Origin: Lama glama | Taxonomy: Eukaryota | DNA length: 64,000 nt | Assembly (NCBI GenBank): GCA_028534125.1 | Contig: CM052817.1 | Location: 57,662,001-57,726,000, forward strand | Reading direction: 5' to 3' | In this document: piece by piece, positions 25,651 through 37,669 of the stretch | Position numbering within the stretch: position 1 is the stretch's first letter | Layout: every line of letters starts with the position of its first letter | Made by a program: the position numbers and the translations under genes | Notes under the pieces: model-generated | Database searches by the model: none | Seen by the model: only the letters and a program-made list of their open reading frames with translations | Told to the model about the DNA's origin: nothing

Positions 25651-26634
25651 AATATTGTTACTCCCTGGAGCACAAAAATGTATAGAAGATACAGAATCAC
25701 CTGAAAGGGGAAATTTAAGTCATTCATGCAACAGAAATCTCTCTAATTATTGTAGAAGATTCATGATTCTTAGTCCTAAATTCTGAACTGAATCAGAGAA
25801 GACAAAGATGTCACTGTGTCAAGAGAGCAAGGTATTCAGGCAGTTGGTTCCTGAAAAATCAATCAAAAAGTGGCATTCTCCAAATGGGGGCAAGCTAAGA
25901 GCAAAAGGAAGCTTGGACCCTGTTTTTACAAAGTTCTGAGCTCATTCAGAATAGAAGGCTCTTCGTTCCTTTGGGACAACCTATATACTAAGGCAGTGTT
26001 TGAGCCTTGGGTTCAAATCTTGTGAGTCAAACTATTTTCGTTTCTTGAAATCTCTGATAATTTCTCTTTTGTGGTCTTAGTGTTAAATAAAATCTCTGAA
26101 AACTCCAGCCAGGTTCAGTTTGTGATGTATATGCAAAATAAATATTTCTGTCCTTGCTTGGATTGTAGGGGAGCAATGCACACTGGCCTTCAGCTCATGA
26201 TGGCCTCTGTATTCTAAATGACTGAGTCCTGAGGAAAAAGCAAAATGTATTGACAATATTTTATGAGGTCTTTATCTTGAGTCACCTATATTATAATACT
26301 GAGTCCTAGCACTGTTCACAAGGTTTTGGAAATTTGGATTATTTTATAATATTCCTAATTTTTATGAAGGACCTCTTTAAAATGAGAATTAAGTACCTGT
26401 TTTTTTCCCAGGCAGAAACTCTCCTTTCCTAGGCACTGTTAATTAAAATTGGGACCCTGGGATGGTGTGGAAATAAGGCTAATGAAAAGCCCTATTCTGG
26501 ACTCTAATCAAGAAAGAAACAGGTTCCTAAAAGAATTATCCCTTATCTCAGTCAACCCAGAGAATTCTACTCTTGTTTTTTCAGAAATTAGAGCTGGGTG
26601 AAATCAAATCAGCAAATGTCTCTGTGGTGATTCA

Positions 26635-26800
26635 TGAAGGAGAAGCATAATGTAGCGTGAAAATCAAAAGACCTAGATCTTGTTACAGAGCAATCTTGAT
26701 CAAGACACTCAACTTACGTAAGTTGTTAATGTCATTTGAGAAATGAAAGAGATAAGTGATCCCTAAAGTCTTTAGAAGTCATGACATTATATAATAATAT
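26635..26800 (+). mobile_element. MIR3-like SINE (degenerate)
   Basis: aatcaaaagacctagatc...caagacactcaact...tgatccctaaagtc...tgacattat. Confidence 0.4.
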
Positions 26801-27349
26801 GACTCTAACTAGCAAAGGGGGACTCTGAAGATTAGGATTATAAAGGAGTGAGCTGATTAACCAGGCCTCTAGTGAAATAAGTGCACCAAGTTAATATAAT
26901 GAGATGGTATACTTACAACTGGATCAACTTCGTTTCCCCTACCCCTGAAGTTTCAACTCGACATTCTAAAATTGTCTTTGTAGTCTTAATGACTGAGCAT
27001 GGAAAATATTGAGAAGTGCTAGCAAAGCTCTTAATGCTCTAGGTGGTTATAGCAGAAAAATCTACTAATGGAAAATGTTTCAAGGAGTCTTGAACTTGAG
27101 TCCCCAAGCACATTTGGTCACACATGATCTCATTTACGATTTTAACTTTAAGCAGTTTAAATGAATTTTTTATTGATTTGAAATACAAATGTGTTTACAA
27201 ACAAATGAAAATCTTTTTTATTGAAATAAAATTTACCATGAAATATATAAATAACAAATTGATGTTTTGCAACACATATGGCAAATAATTTGTTTAACAA
27301 AAGACAAAATAATAAGACAATATATAAAATGCTAACTCATAAAAACAGT

Positions 27350-27800
27350 GTGTGTGCAAATTCATTTGTAATTAAGGAAATGGAAATTTTAAAGAAAAAC
27401 ATAGTTTACATCTCAGTTTGGAAAAGTTTTAAAAGTCTGTTAATATTAGATATTAGCAGGGATGTGAGAAAACTAATATTTTTATTTTTTGCTGGAAAGA
27501 ATGTAAATTGGTACCATCTTTCTGGTAGACATTTTAATAGTATATATTACTCTGAATCAGCATATTCTCTGAATTAACAATTTTACTTCTAGAAAATTAT
27601 GCTTATTATGTGTGTATGTGACAATACTTATGTATAATATTTTTGCTATACTATTATCTATAGTCTGAACAATTTGGGGAAAGAAACAAAAATCCAAAAA
27701 TAGGGATGGGATAAATATTCTATGATATAGAATACTATGCACATAGGAAAAAAACCCTGATGATGTAGTTTTATTTTTATTGCCACTGAACATATTTTTT
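27350..27800 (+). mobile_element. L1ME4-like ORF2 end / 3' region
   Basis: gtaattaaggaaatggaaattt...ggatgtgagaaaact...gctggaaagaatgtaaattggtac. Confidence 0.7.
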
Positions 27801-27857
27801 AAAAATATTGTTATATTTCAGATTTATTGTTGTTATTAATATCAATATTTTAGTTCA

Positions 27858-28568
27858 ATTAATTATTCACCCATTCAACAAAACTTAATAAGAACCTATA
27901 CATGCCAGGAGTTGTTCTCAGCTCTAAGGCTCCAACAGTGAACTAAAAAATTCCAGACCCTACTCTCACTCATGAAGCTTACTTTCTAGTGGGGATGACA
28001 AGCAGTAAGTAAGCAAATAAATAATAAACTCATTGAGATAAAATCAGATAAGAGGTACAGAGTAACAAAGTTTGAGATGGTCAAGAAAGTTCTCTCTAAC
28101 AAAGTGATCTTTGAGCTGAAAGAAATGAGAAGCTAGTCATGTGGGTATCTGGAGGAAGGATGTTCTAGCCCATCAAACAAAAGAGCAAGTACAAAGGCTT
28201 GCAGGAAAGCATGTGGTAGTGTGTTCAAGAATGGCAAGGAAGCCAGGGTAGCAAAGGGTGAACAAGAGGAGGGAAAGACAGGGGAAAGGCAAGGAGCGGT
28301 GTAGACATAAAGGCCTTCTGGGACAAAATGTAAGATGGCAAACCTGTAGAAGATTCTGGGCAATGAAGCTTAAAACTGATGTACATTTACAAGGATGGTA
28401 GTGGCTTCTGTGTAGACACTGGACTGTAAGGGGCAGGGGTGAAAGTGGAGACACTAGGAGGAGAAATGACAGTGGACTGAGCTAGAGCAGTAGCAGTGAA
28501 CGCGGAAGGACGTGTTTTAAATGTTGGCTATGGGATACATGGGAAAGAGAAGATCAAGAATGACTGCA
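27858..28568 (-). mobile_element. L2 (L2a-like) 3' region
   Basis: cattcaacaaa...catgccagg...ctcatgaagcttactttctagtgggg...catgtgggtatctggaggaagg. Confidence 0.85.
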
Positions 28569-29057
28569 AGCAAATAAATATTATTACATGTGTGTATTAT
28601 ATATATGTATACACATATATATAAAGATAGAGAGCTATTATAAAATGTTTTAGTAGTTATTCAACAGCAGAAATTTTGATTTGCTATTTTTCCTCATGAA
28701 TATATTTGTAAAACAAAGAAACAACAGAAGGCACTCTGCCTCAGAATGTACACTTGATCCAGTTGCTGGTTATGCGTCCCCCTTCCTTTTGCACTTGCAT
28801 GTTCTCTAAGAGGACTTTCAAACTCCACAAAACATCAAAATTTGACAATCTTGGTAATATTTTACTGATAGCAAAAATGACAACAAAAATATTGAGAAGT
28901 AAGTTTCACCTTCTTCATAAATTTAGCAAAAAAAAAAAAGGAAAAATATTTCAGAAGTGAATTTGAGAAACAGAAGGTTTGTGGTGGCATCACCTTCAAA
29001 TAGTCTCTACTTCTCACCTCCATGATGAAATATTCTAAGATCCATTGAAAATAAAAC

Positions 29058-31490
29058 AGAGGAGCTTGGAGAAGATGGCAGAGTAGGAAGACCAGAGGTC
29101 ATCTCCTCTCACAGGCATATCAAAATTACAACTATTTGCAGAGCAATTTATGATGAGAAAAGCCAGAATCTAGCAGAAAAGATCTTCAACAACTAAAGAT
29201 ATAAAGAAGAAACCACAATGAGTTGAGGTAAGAGGGGTGGAGTCATGGTATAGTAAAGACCCATATCTCTGAGTAAGTGACACACAAACAGGATAATTAA
29301 AATTTCAGAAGCTCCCCACAAAGAGCAATGGGTCCAGGCCCCATATCAGGCTCCACAAACACTGCACTGGGAGGATGAGCCCCCAGAATGTTTGGCTTTG
29401 AAGACCAGCACAGCAGGTTTTACTTTTGGGAGAGTCAGAAGGCTGTGGGAAATAGAGACTCTACTCGCAAAAGATGCAACAAAATCTCACATACTCCAGG
29501 ATACCCAGGGAAGAAGCAGTAATTTGAAAGGGTTAGATCCACCTGCTATTCTTGGAGAGTCTCCCAGAGAAGCAGGAGGCAATGGGAGCTACCCTGGGGA
29601 CACAGACAGTGGCAGCAGCCACTTTTAGGAGCTCATATTACCATGTGGACACTGGTGTTGGCAAACACCACTTTGGAATTCTCCCTCTAGCTTATTAGCA
29701 CTGAACCTAACCCTGCCCACCAGCTTGTCAGCACCAGTACTGGGAGCCTCAGACCATGCAATAGCCCAGTGGGAACACAGCTCCACCCACCAAAAGGAAG
29801 GCTAACTTAACCCCCTGAGCCCACAACCACCCCAGGACACACTCCTGTCCACCAGAGGGCTGAAGACTTGGTCCTACATCCCAGTGGGGTTGCACAAACC
29901 CCAGAACCCCCAGGGTCCTGCAGCCAGAGAACTCAGGACAGAATTTCACCCACAATTTGGAAGGTACCAGCACCAGGACCTCCTGGACCATACCCCATCC
30001 ACTAGTGGGTTGACACCAGCCATGGGAACGCTGGACCTGGTGGCCAGAGACCACAGGATCTGGCTCTTCCTATGAGAGGGCCAGCATTAGCAACAGGACC
30101 AGCTCCACACACCAGTGGGCAGGCATCAGTCTCAGAATCCCCAAGGCTCCAGCCTCACTCACTAGCAGGAGGGACACCAGCCCCAGGATCACCACAGCCC
30201 AGCAGCCAGCCATGGCAGGACCCAGGCTACCCACCAGCAGGCCAGGACCAGCTCCAGAACCCCTTGGATCCAGGCCCCACCCAATAGCAGGTCAACACCA
30301 GCTCCAGGACAACTTGGACTCCTCAAAGAGCTGCCTGAGAATTCAGTTCTCTTACCAACAGGCCAGCATCAGCCTTGGAACACCCTAGAATCTATAGCCA
30401 GCTATGTCTAGAGTTGGCCCCAGCCACCAGCAGGCCAACACTAGATCCAGGAATGCCAGCCCTTCAACCACCCATGCCAGAACCAAACTCTGCCCACCAG
30501 TGGGCCAGCTCTAGCCCTGAGAAATCTTAGGTTTCCACACCAGTTACCTCAAGACCTGGCCCCCCAACCAGTGGCCAGAAGCCTTGGCACAAGGCAGGGC
30601 CTGGTAATCAGCTGAATTGGGGTCCAGCCATGCTGGCCAGACTGCCCACAGTAGTCAGCATAGCACAAGAGAAGGAACCACACAGCCTACAAAGGGGTGC
30701 CCCTAGAGCATATAGCTTTGGTGACCAGAGGGGAGTGTGCTGCTGAAATGCAGAGGACATTTCCTGTAAAAGGTCACTTTGTCAAAGTCAGGGAATGTAA
30801 CCAACATTTCAGGTACATAGAAATAAAAATAGCAAATTAGGCAAAATCTGAGGTGACAGAGGAACATGTTCCAAATGAAGGACAGGATAAAAACCACAGA
30901 AAAAAAACTAAGTGAAGTGGAGATAGGTAATCTACCCAAGAAAGAGTTCAGAGTAGTGCTTCTAAAGATCAAAGAACTCAGCAGCAGAATGGATGAAAAC
31001 AGTGAGAAATTTAACAAAGAGTTAGAGGATATAAAGAAGAACTAAACAGAGCTGAAGAATTCAATAACTGAAATAAAAAATACACTAGAAGGAACTAACA
31101 GCAGATTAGACGATACAAAGGAAAGGATCAGTGAGCTGGAAGACAGAGTAGTGGAAATCACTGAAGCTGAACTAACAAACAAAAGAAGAATAAAAAGAAC
31201 TAAGGACAGTTTAAGAGACCCCCTAGAACAACATCAAGCATACAGATATTCACATTATGGGAATCCGAGAAAGAAAAGAGAGAGAAAGGGACAGGGAGTA
31301 TATTTGAAGGTATAATAGCTGAAAATTTTCCTAACCTGGGAAAAGAAACAGTCATCTAGGTACAGAAAGCACACAAAATTCTAAACAGGATCAACCCAAA
31401 GAGGATCACACCAAGACACACTGTAATTAACATGGCAAAAATTAAAGATAACACAAGATTATTAAAAACATCAAGGGAAAAGCAAGAAGT
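29058..31490 (+). mobile_element. LINE-1 5' half: 5' UTR with internal repeat array and decayed ORF1, truncated mid-ORF1
   Basis: Starts gaggagcttggagaagatggcagagtagg. ORF1 remnant runs from ~30845 (gaacatgttccaaatgaagg..., atcagtgagctggaagacagagtagtggaaatcactgaagctgaa, ccaagacacactgtaattaacatggc) and contains stops. Confidence 0.92.
29700..30590 (+). repeat. Degenerate ~70-bp tandem array inside the L1 5' UTR
   Basis: About 15 cores like CCCACCAGYRGGCCRRCACCAGC, at mostly ~70-bp (some 40-50-bp) spacing. Confidence 0.75.
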
Positions 31491-31754
31491 ATTGCCTAGT
31501 TGGGCTTGTAAATGATAGTTCACCTTTTGATGTGAAGTTTTAGCTTATTACTGGCTCCAAAGTTACTCTGTAGCAGATTATTTATGAGAGGACTTTTAGA
31601 TACTCTTTAAACCCCCACCCAAATAACTTCCTTTTTCTGATTTCTTTCCTCAGTTATTTAATTTTTCACCTTGAGCTATTAGCTTAACTACTTTAAGGCT
31701 CTCTAGAATATGGGGATTTTGTTAAGCACGTAGTAGATGCTCAAAAGTATTTTT

Positions 31755-32279
31755 TGTGGTGGGTAGACGCTATGATGCTTCTCAATGATCTCTGCCATCT
31801 AATATTTAAGCCTTTGTGTATTTCTCTCCTCTTGAGTATGGGCTAACGTAGCAACTTGTTTGTAACCAATGCTAGAAAAGTAACAGAATGTCATTTCTGT
31901 CATTAGGTTACATAAGAGAGTAACTTAGCTCCTGTCTTGCCAGCAGGCTCTCCTTTGCTGGCATTGATGACACTATTGGAAAAAGTCCGTGTGGCGAGGA
32001 ACAAAAAACAGCTCTGGCCAATGTCCAGAAAGCAACTCTCAATCCAACAGATCTAAACCTTGTCAGTATTCATTGGTGATGACAGGTGGACCCTTCCTCA
32101 ACTGAGCCTTGGATGAGGCTCTGGCCCTGGCTGACTCCTGGATTGCAGCCTGTGAGACCATAAAGCAAAGGACTCAGCTAAGTCATGTCCAGATTCCTGA
32201 AACTGAGATAATAAATGTATGTTGTTCTAAGCTGCTAAATTTGTGAAAATTTGTTACACTGCAATAGATAACTAATACA
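31755..32279 (+). mobile_element. MaLR solo LTR (MLT1E-like), apparently inserted into an L2 tail
   Basis: tgtggt...ctcttgagtatgggct...gataactaataca; the flanks rejoin as gcacgtagtagatgctcaaaagtattt|tgaggaataaat. Confidence 0.88.
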
Positions 32280-32299
32280 TTTGAGGAATAAATAAATTA

Positions 32300-32422
32300 G
32301 TATCTCCCAGTCTCCATCTGTAAAGTGAGAAAAAAAGTAGTATATTATGGGCTTTTTGTCAGGATTAAATAAAAGAGAATGCTATTCATGGAGTAGGTGC
32401 TCAAAAAATATTATTTGCTATT
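32300..32422 (+). mobile_element. MIR SINE 3' half
   Basis: ccatctgtaaagtgag...aggattaaataa...gtaggtgctcaa. Confidence 0.65.
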
Positions 32423-32499
32423 ACAATTGAGTAAAAACAATTTTTTCTGTATTAGTTTCCTATCTAAAATATCTAAAACTGCTGTCTCAGTGGAACGTA

Positions 32500-34160
32500 G
32501 CTTAAGCCAAAAGTAAAATATGAGGCATCACACTCTGTGATTTCAAACTGTATTACAAAGCTACAGTAATCAAAACAGTATGTGTTGGACCAGAGTAGAG
32601 AGCCCAGAAATAAACTCATGCATATGTTGTCAATTAATTTACAACAAAGGGACTAAGAAAATACAATGAGAAAGAAACAGTACCTTCAATAAATAATTAA
32701 TTTACAACAAAGAAGCCAAGAATATACAGTGGGGAAAGGACAGTCTCTTCAATGAATGACGTTGGGGAAACTGGACGCCCACATGGAAAAGGATGTAACT
32801 GGGCCACCATTTGACACCATACAAAAAAATTAACTCAAAATGGATTAAAAACTTGAATGTAAGACCTAAAACTATAAAACTCCTAGAAGAAAACACAGTG
32901 GGAAGTGCCTTGCCGTTGGTCTTGGCAATAATTTTTTGGATTTGACACCAAAAGCAAAGGCAACGAAAGTCTAAATAAATAAGTAAATAAATGGGACCAC
33001 ATTAAACTAATAAGCTTCTGTGTAGCAAAGGAAACCATCAACAACACCAAAAAGGCAACATACTGAATTGGAGAAAATATTTGCAAATTCTGTATCTAAT
33101 AAAAAGTTAATGTCCAAAATATAAAAAGACTCTTACAACTCAATAGCAAAAAAGAAAAAACAACAAATTGATTTAAAACTGGGCAAAGGATCTGAATAGA
33201 TATTTCTTCAAAGAAGACATACAGATGGCCAACTATGAAAAGGTGTTCAACATCACTCATCAGAGAAATGCAAATTAAAACCACAATAAGGTATCACCTC
33301 ACACCTGCTAGAATACCATTTTCAAAAAGACAAATAACTAGTGTTCAGGAGAATGTGGAGAAAAGGGAACCCTTGTGTTTTATTGGCTGGAATGTGAATT
33401 GCTGTAGTCACTATGGGACAGTATGGGAGTTCCTCAGAAAATTAAAACTAGAACTACCATCTGATCCAGCAATCTCACTTCAAAGTATTTATCCAAAGAA
33501 AACAAACAAACAAAAAACCCCACTAACTTGAAGGATATATGCACCCCCATGTTCACTGCAGTATTAGTTACAATAGCCAAGACACAGGAACAACCTAAAC
33601 GCCATTGATGGGCGAATGCATAAAGATATTATATACACAAAGGAATATTATTCAGCCATAAAAGAAAGAAAACCTTGCCACTTGCAAAAACGTGGATGCA
33701 CCATAAGGGTATCATGCTGAGTGAAAGAAGTCAGACAGAGAAAGACAAATACCATATGATCTCACTTATATGTGGAATCTAAGGGAAAAAAAATTAAGCT
33801 TATAGGTACAGAGAACAGATCAGTAGTTGCCAGAGGCAGGGGATAGGGAGTGCGTGAAATGGGTGAAAGTGTTCAGAAAGTATAAACTTCAAGTTATAAA
33901 ATAAATGTCATGGGATGTAATGTACAGCATGGTGACCACAGTTAATAATACTATTTTGCATATTTGAAAGCTAAGAGTAAATCTTATACATTCTCATCAC
34001 ACACACACAAAAATTGTAACTATGTATGGTGACGGACGTTAACTAAACTTATTGTGGTGATCATTTCACAATATATACTAGTATCAAAACATTATGTTGT
34101 ACACCTGAAAGCAATATAGTGTTATATGTCAGTTATACCTTAAGATTAAAATTAAAAAGT
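32500..34160 (+). mobile_element. L1MA9-like 3' portion (ORF2 C-terminus and 3' UTR)
   Basis: ORF2 peptide [26 protein letters not shown] and 3' UTR gtcatgggatgtaatgtacagcatggtgac...tgtacacctgaa. Confidence 0.93.
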
Positions 34161-34214
34161 TGAATACATTTCTATACCAATTACTTATTCTCTTGCATCA
34201 GTTATGCAGCAGTA

Positions 34215-34430
34215 TTGGAGGCAGTAGGAGTAGTGGTAAAGATTATTGATTGTATTCAAATCCTGGTTTTACATTTATGAACTCCATGAACTTAAGGAAC
34301 CCTCATCTCAGCAAGCCTCAGTAAACCATGGCAGCAACACTACTTACCTGACAGGCAGGACTGAATCAAATGAAGTATATAAGCACTTAGTACTGGTCCT
34401 AATTCAGAGTTAGCACTCAATAAACACCGG
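34215..34430 (+). mobile_element. MIR SINE
   Basis: gaggcagtaggagtagtggtaaag...ttcaaatcctgg...aagcacttag...gcactcaataaa. Confidence 0.75.
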
Positions 34431-34779
34431 TAAACCTCCCTATTGTTGTCATAAATACCTTTGGTAAAGGAAGTCTTTGGTAATTCTGGAACTGAAAACT
34501 TTCAAGCAAAATGAAATGGAGAACTGGGACCATATTACTCTGTACCTTTCATCGTGCACTTAGACTTGCAGCACCCCCTTGCCCTCTCTCTTCTACCTTT
34601 TCCTATTTTTCGCACCTAGCAGGCATCATTCTCCTGTAACATGGGGCCTCTTTGGGTCAGTTTATCACCATCCAATATGGTGTCAGTTCATCTTTGATGC
34701 AGGTGGCCTTCCCTGTAGCCAATCTAAGTGACTTATTCAAGCGAATTTAAAAATACATTATGTCCCAGCTTGGAGACTG

Positions 34780-35050
34780 TCTTAGTTCTATGGTTTATCA
34801 TTGTGTGACACTAAAACCTTTGCCTTTGGGCTCAAGATTTCATATCTGTGAAAAAGAAGATGATGTTCACCTTAAAGAATTTTGGAGAGAATTCAGTGAC
34901 ATAAAATGCCATATTGCTACAAAGCAGTTACTGTTCAATGACCAGCACTGGTTGCTTAGCTGTTAATATCATCGTCATGTTTGCCATTATTTTTGTAACC
35001 CCAGGGCTTAGCAGTGTCTAGAACAATATTTGTACATGAATGAATGAATG
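34780..35050 (+). mobile_element. MIR fragment followed by L2 tail
   Basis: tgtgtgac...ctcaagatttcatatctgtgaaa, then ccccagggcttagc...tgaatgaatgaatg. Confidence 0.55.
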
Positions 35051-36484
35051 TAATATAGTCTTACTGCTCCTCCAGTTGAGTCATCTGGGTCTTTGAGAGA
35101 GAGCAATGTTTTCTATGGAAAATATAAATGTGTATATTAGCAGCATCCCTAGAACATATGCATGGTTCCAAGTGGCACCTATTTGTAGCTCCTGATGGCT
35201 GTGAAACTCAGCCTGGCGGCTCAGCGTACCAGTCAGCCCTTGAAAATGCAGCTGGCTTAGCTCCTTTAAATAAAAGTGACTAGACAAGAAAAAGTGGAAA
35301 ACATATTTATTTATAAACCATCCTACGTAGACACAAGGTGCAGTTTTGTTTTCATGACACACCAGCAACTCTTTAAATATTTATTGTCAACCTGGGGAAT
35401 TCATGTGTAGACTGAAGGTATATTTAGGTCTTTAATATGCCATCTCAGCAGGGCCTGCTTAAGGCTGCCCATCTGGAAGATGAAACTTAAGAGCCAATTT
35501 TAAAGCATATTGTCGAGGACAGATAAAACTGTTTCTAGCTGATTTTTACCATGACATATGAAAGCAAACCTGGGACTTTTGTATTTGGGAGTTAACATTT
35601 AAACTAGAAAGATATTTCTTTTCCAGAACACCTGTAGCAAACTCCTACATAGTCTAGCCTAATTTAAATGTATTACTATAAAGCCAGCCTGAAAATAGTG
35701 TATGAATAGTGTAGAGATATATATTTTTCCATTATGCCATCAAAAACAGTAAAAAAAAAAAATAGAGTTTTATTCTCATCCCTTCTCTTTAGACTTCATA
35801 GATAGGTTTAATGTGTTTGACTCTCTGCCAATTGAATAAAATTCCTCAGAATTTTATCATATAAATTTCTAAGTGTAATGAGGCAACATTACATTTCTCT
35901 TTTTAGTTATCACTTTACCAATTGTTTAAATGTCTTTTAAACAGTTAAACCTCTGTCATAGAATCTCAAATGCCATAGGACTTGTCAGAATCAGTTCGTT
36001 CAGTCCATCTCTCAGAAACACATCTGGGATTTGAAGGGATATTGTGGCTTCCTTCCCTCCCCCATTTCAATCTCCCCTTTTTTCTTTTTCCTTCTCTTCC
36101 TCCCACTGTTCCATATTTTTTCCCTCCCTCCCTCCCTCCATCATTTGCTGCTTCCTTTCTTTCCTTTTTTGTTTCTTGAACTCTTATGAGCTTATAAAGT
36201 TGGTATTCAAGTGTAAACAATGTCTAAATATTGAACCCCCCCCCAGTTCTAGATAGTTCAAATTATCTTCTTCCAGAAGCTATATTTAGATTGTTGTTTC
36301 TCCATAAAATAAAATTATAAAAAAATTGTATGTACCTAATATGAGGCAGAGAAGACATCTATGAGGTTGGAGGAATGGGGAGAGGGAGAGAGAAAATAAG
36401 AATGAGAGCAGGAGCAAGAGTGAGAGCTAGACTGAGAGTAAAAGTCAGAGAGAGACACTCACAGAGTTCGTGGAAGCTCCAGCA

Positions 36485-36691
36485 GACCCCTATCTTGCAC
36501 CATACAAAAAATTAACTCAAATAGATTAAAGGCTTGAATATAAGACCTGAAACCATAAAACTTCTAGAAGAAAACATAGGCAGTAAGCTCCTTCATATTG
36601 GTCTTGGCAATGATTTTTTGGATTTGACACCGAAAAGCAAAAGCAACAAAAGCAAAAACAAACAAATGGGATTTCAATAAACAAAAAACCT
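36485..36691 (+). mobile_element. L1 ORF2 fragment (older L1MA/MB-type) cut by the gap
   Basis: caccatacaaaaaattaactcaa...gtcttggcaatgattttttggatttgacacc, very like 32815-32960. Confidence 0.9.
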
Positions 36692-37191
36692 NNNNNNNNN
36701 NNNNNNNNNNNNNNNNNNNNNNNNNNNNNNNNNNNNNNNNNNNNNNNNNNNNNNNNNNNNNNNNNNNNNNNNNNNNNNNNNNNNNNNNNNNNNNNNNNNN
36801 NNNNNNNNNNNNNNNNNNNNNNNNNNNNNNNNNNNNNNNNNNNNNNNNNNNNNNNNNNNNNNNNNNNNNNNNNNNNNNNNNNNNNNNNNNNNNNNNNNNN
36901 NNNNNNNNNNNNNNNNNNNNNNNNNNNNNNNNNNNNNNNNNNNNNNNNNNNNNNNNNNNNNNNNNNNNNNNNNNNNNNNNNNNNNNNNNNNNNNNNNNNN
37001 NNNNNNNNNNNNNNNNNNNNNNNNNNNNNNNNNNNNNNNNNNNNNNNNNNNNNNNNNNNNNNNNNNNNNNNNNNNNNNNNNNNNNNNNNNNNNNNNNNNN
37101 NNNNNNNNNNNNNNNNNNNNNNNNNNNNNNNNNNNNNNNNNNNNNNNNNNNNNNNNNNNNNNNNNNNNNNNNNNNNNNNNNNNNNNNNNNN
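36692..37191. other. Assembly gap (500 N)
   Basis: Exactly 500 N. Confidence 1.
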
Positions 37192-37640
37192 ATACAATGG
37201 AATACTACTCAGCCACAAAAACCAACAACATAACGCCATTTGCAGCAACATGGACGTCCCTGGAGAATGTCATTCTAAGTGAAGTAAGCTAGAAAGAGAA
37301 AGAAAAATACCACATGAAATCACTCATATGCGGAATCTAAAAAAAAACGTAAATGCAAAACAGAAACAGACTCATAGACATAGAATACAAACTTGTGGTT
37401 GCCAGGGGACTGGGGGGTGGGAAGGGACAGACTGGGGTTTCAAAATGTAGGATAGATAAAGAAGATTGTACTGTGTAGCACAGGGAAATACATACAGGAT
37501 CTTGTGGTAGCTCACAGTGAAAGAGAATGTGACAATGAATATATGTATGTTCATGTATAACTGAAAAATTGTGCTCTACACTGGAATTTGATACAGTACT
37601 GTAAAATGACTGTAACTCAATAAAAAAAGTTTAAAAAAAT
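37192..37640 (+). mobile_element. Young camelid-type L1 3' end
   Basis: acaatggaatactactcagcc...gatcttgtggtagctcacagtgaa...gtataactgaaaaattgtgctctacac...ctcaataaaaaaa. Confidence 0.93.
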
Positions 37641-37669
37641 TTTTGAAGAGAGAAAAAAAATAAACAACA

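Noticed and set aside
26911..26990. 49-nt minus-strand exon candidate (26917-26965) with a GTAAGT donor
   Set aside because: The acceptor tract is poor and purine-rich with an upstream AG, and the unit is not frame-preserving.
29392..30287. Pro/Gln-rich ORFs and a CRISPR-like periodic pattern
   Set aside because: This is the L1 5' UTR tandem array. The units are degenerate along their whole length, there are no unique spacers or cas genes, and the DNA is mammalian.
36040..36460. Facing pyrimidine-rich and purine-rich tracts
   Set aside because: They are ordinary low-complexity sequence with no exact mirror or inverted symmetry.
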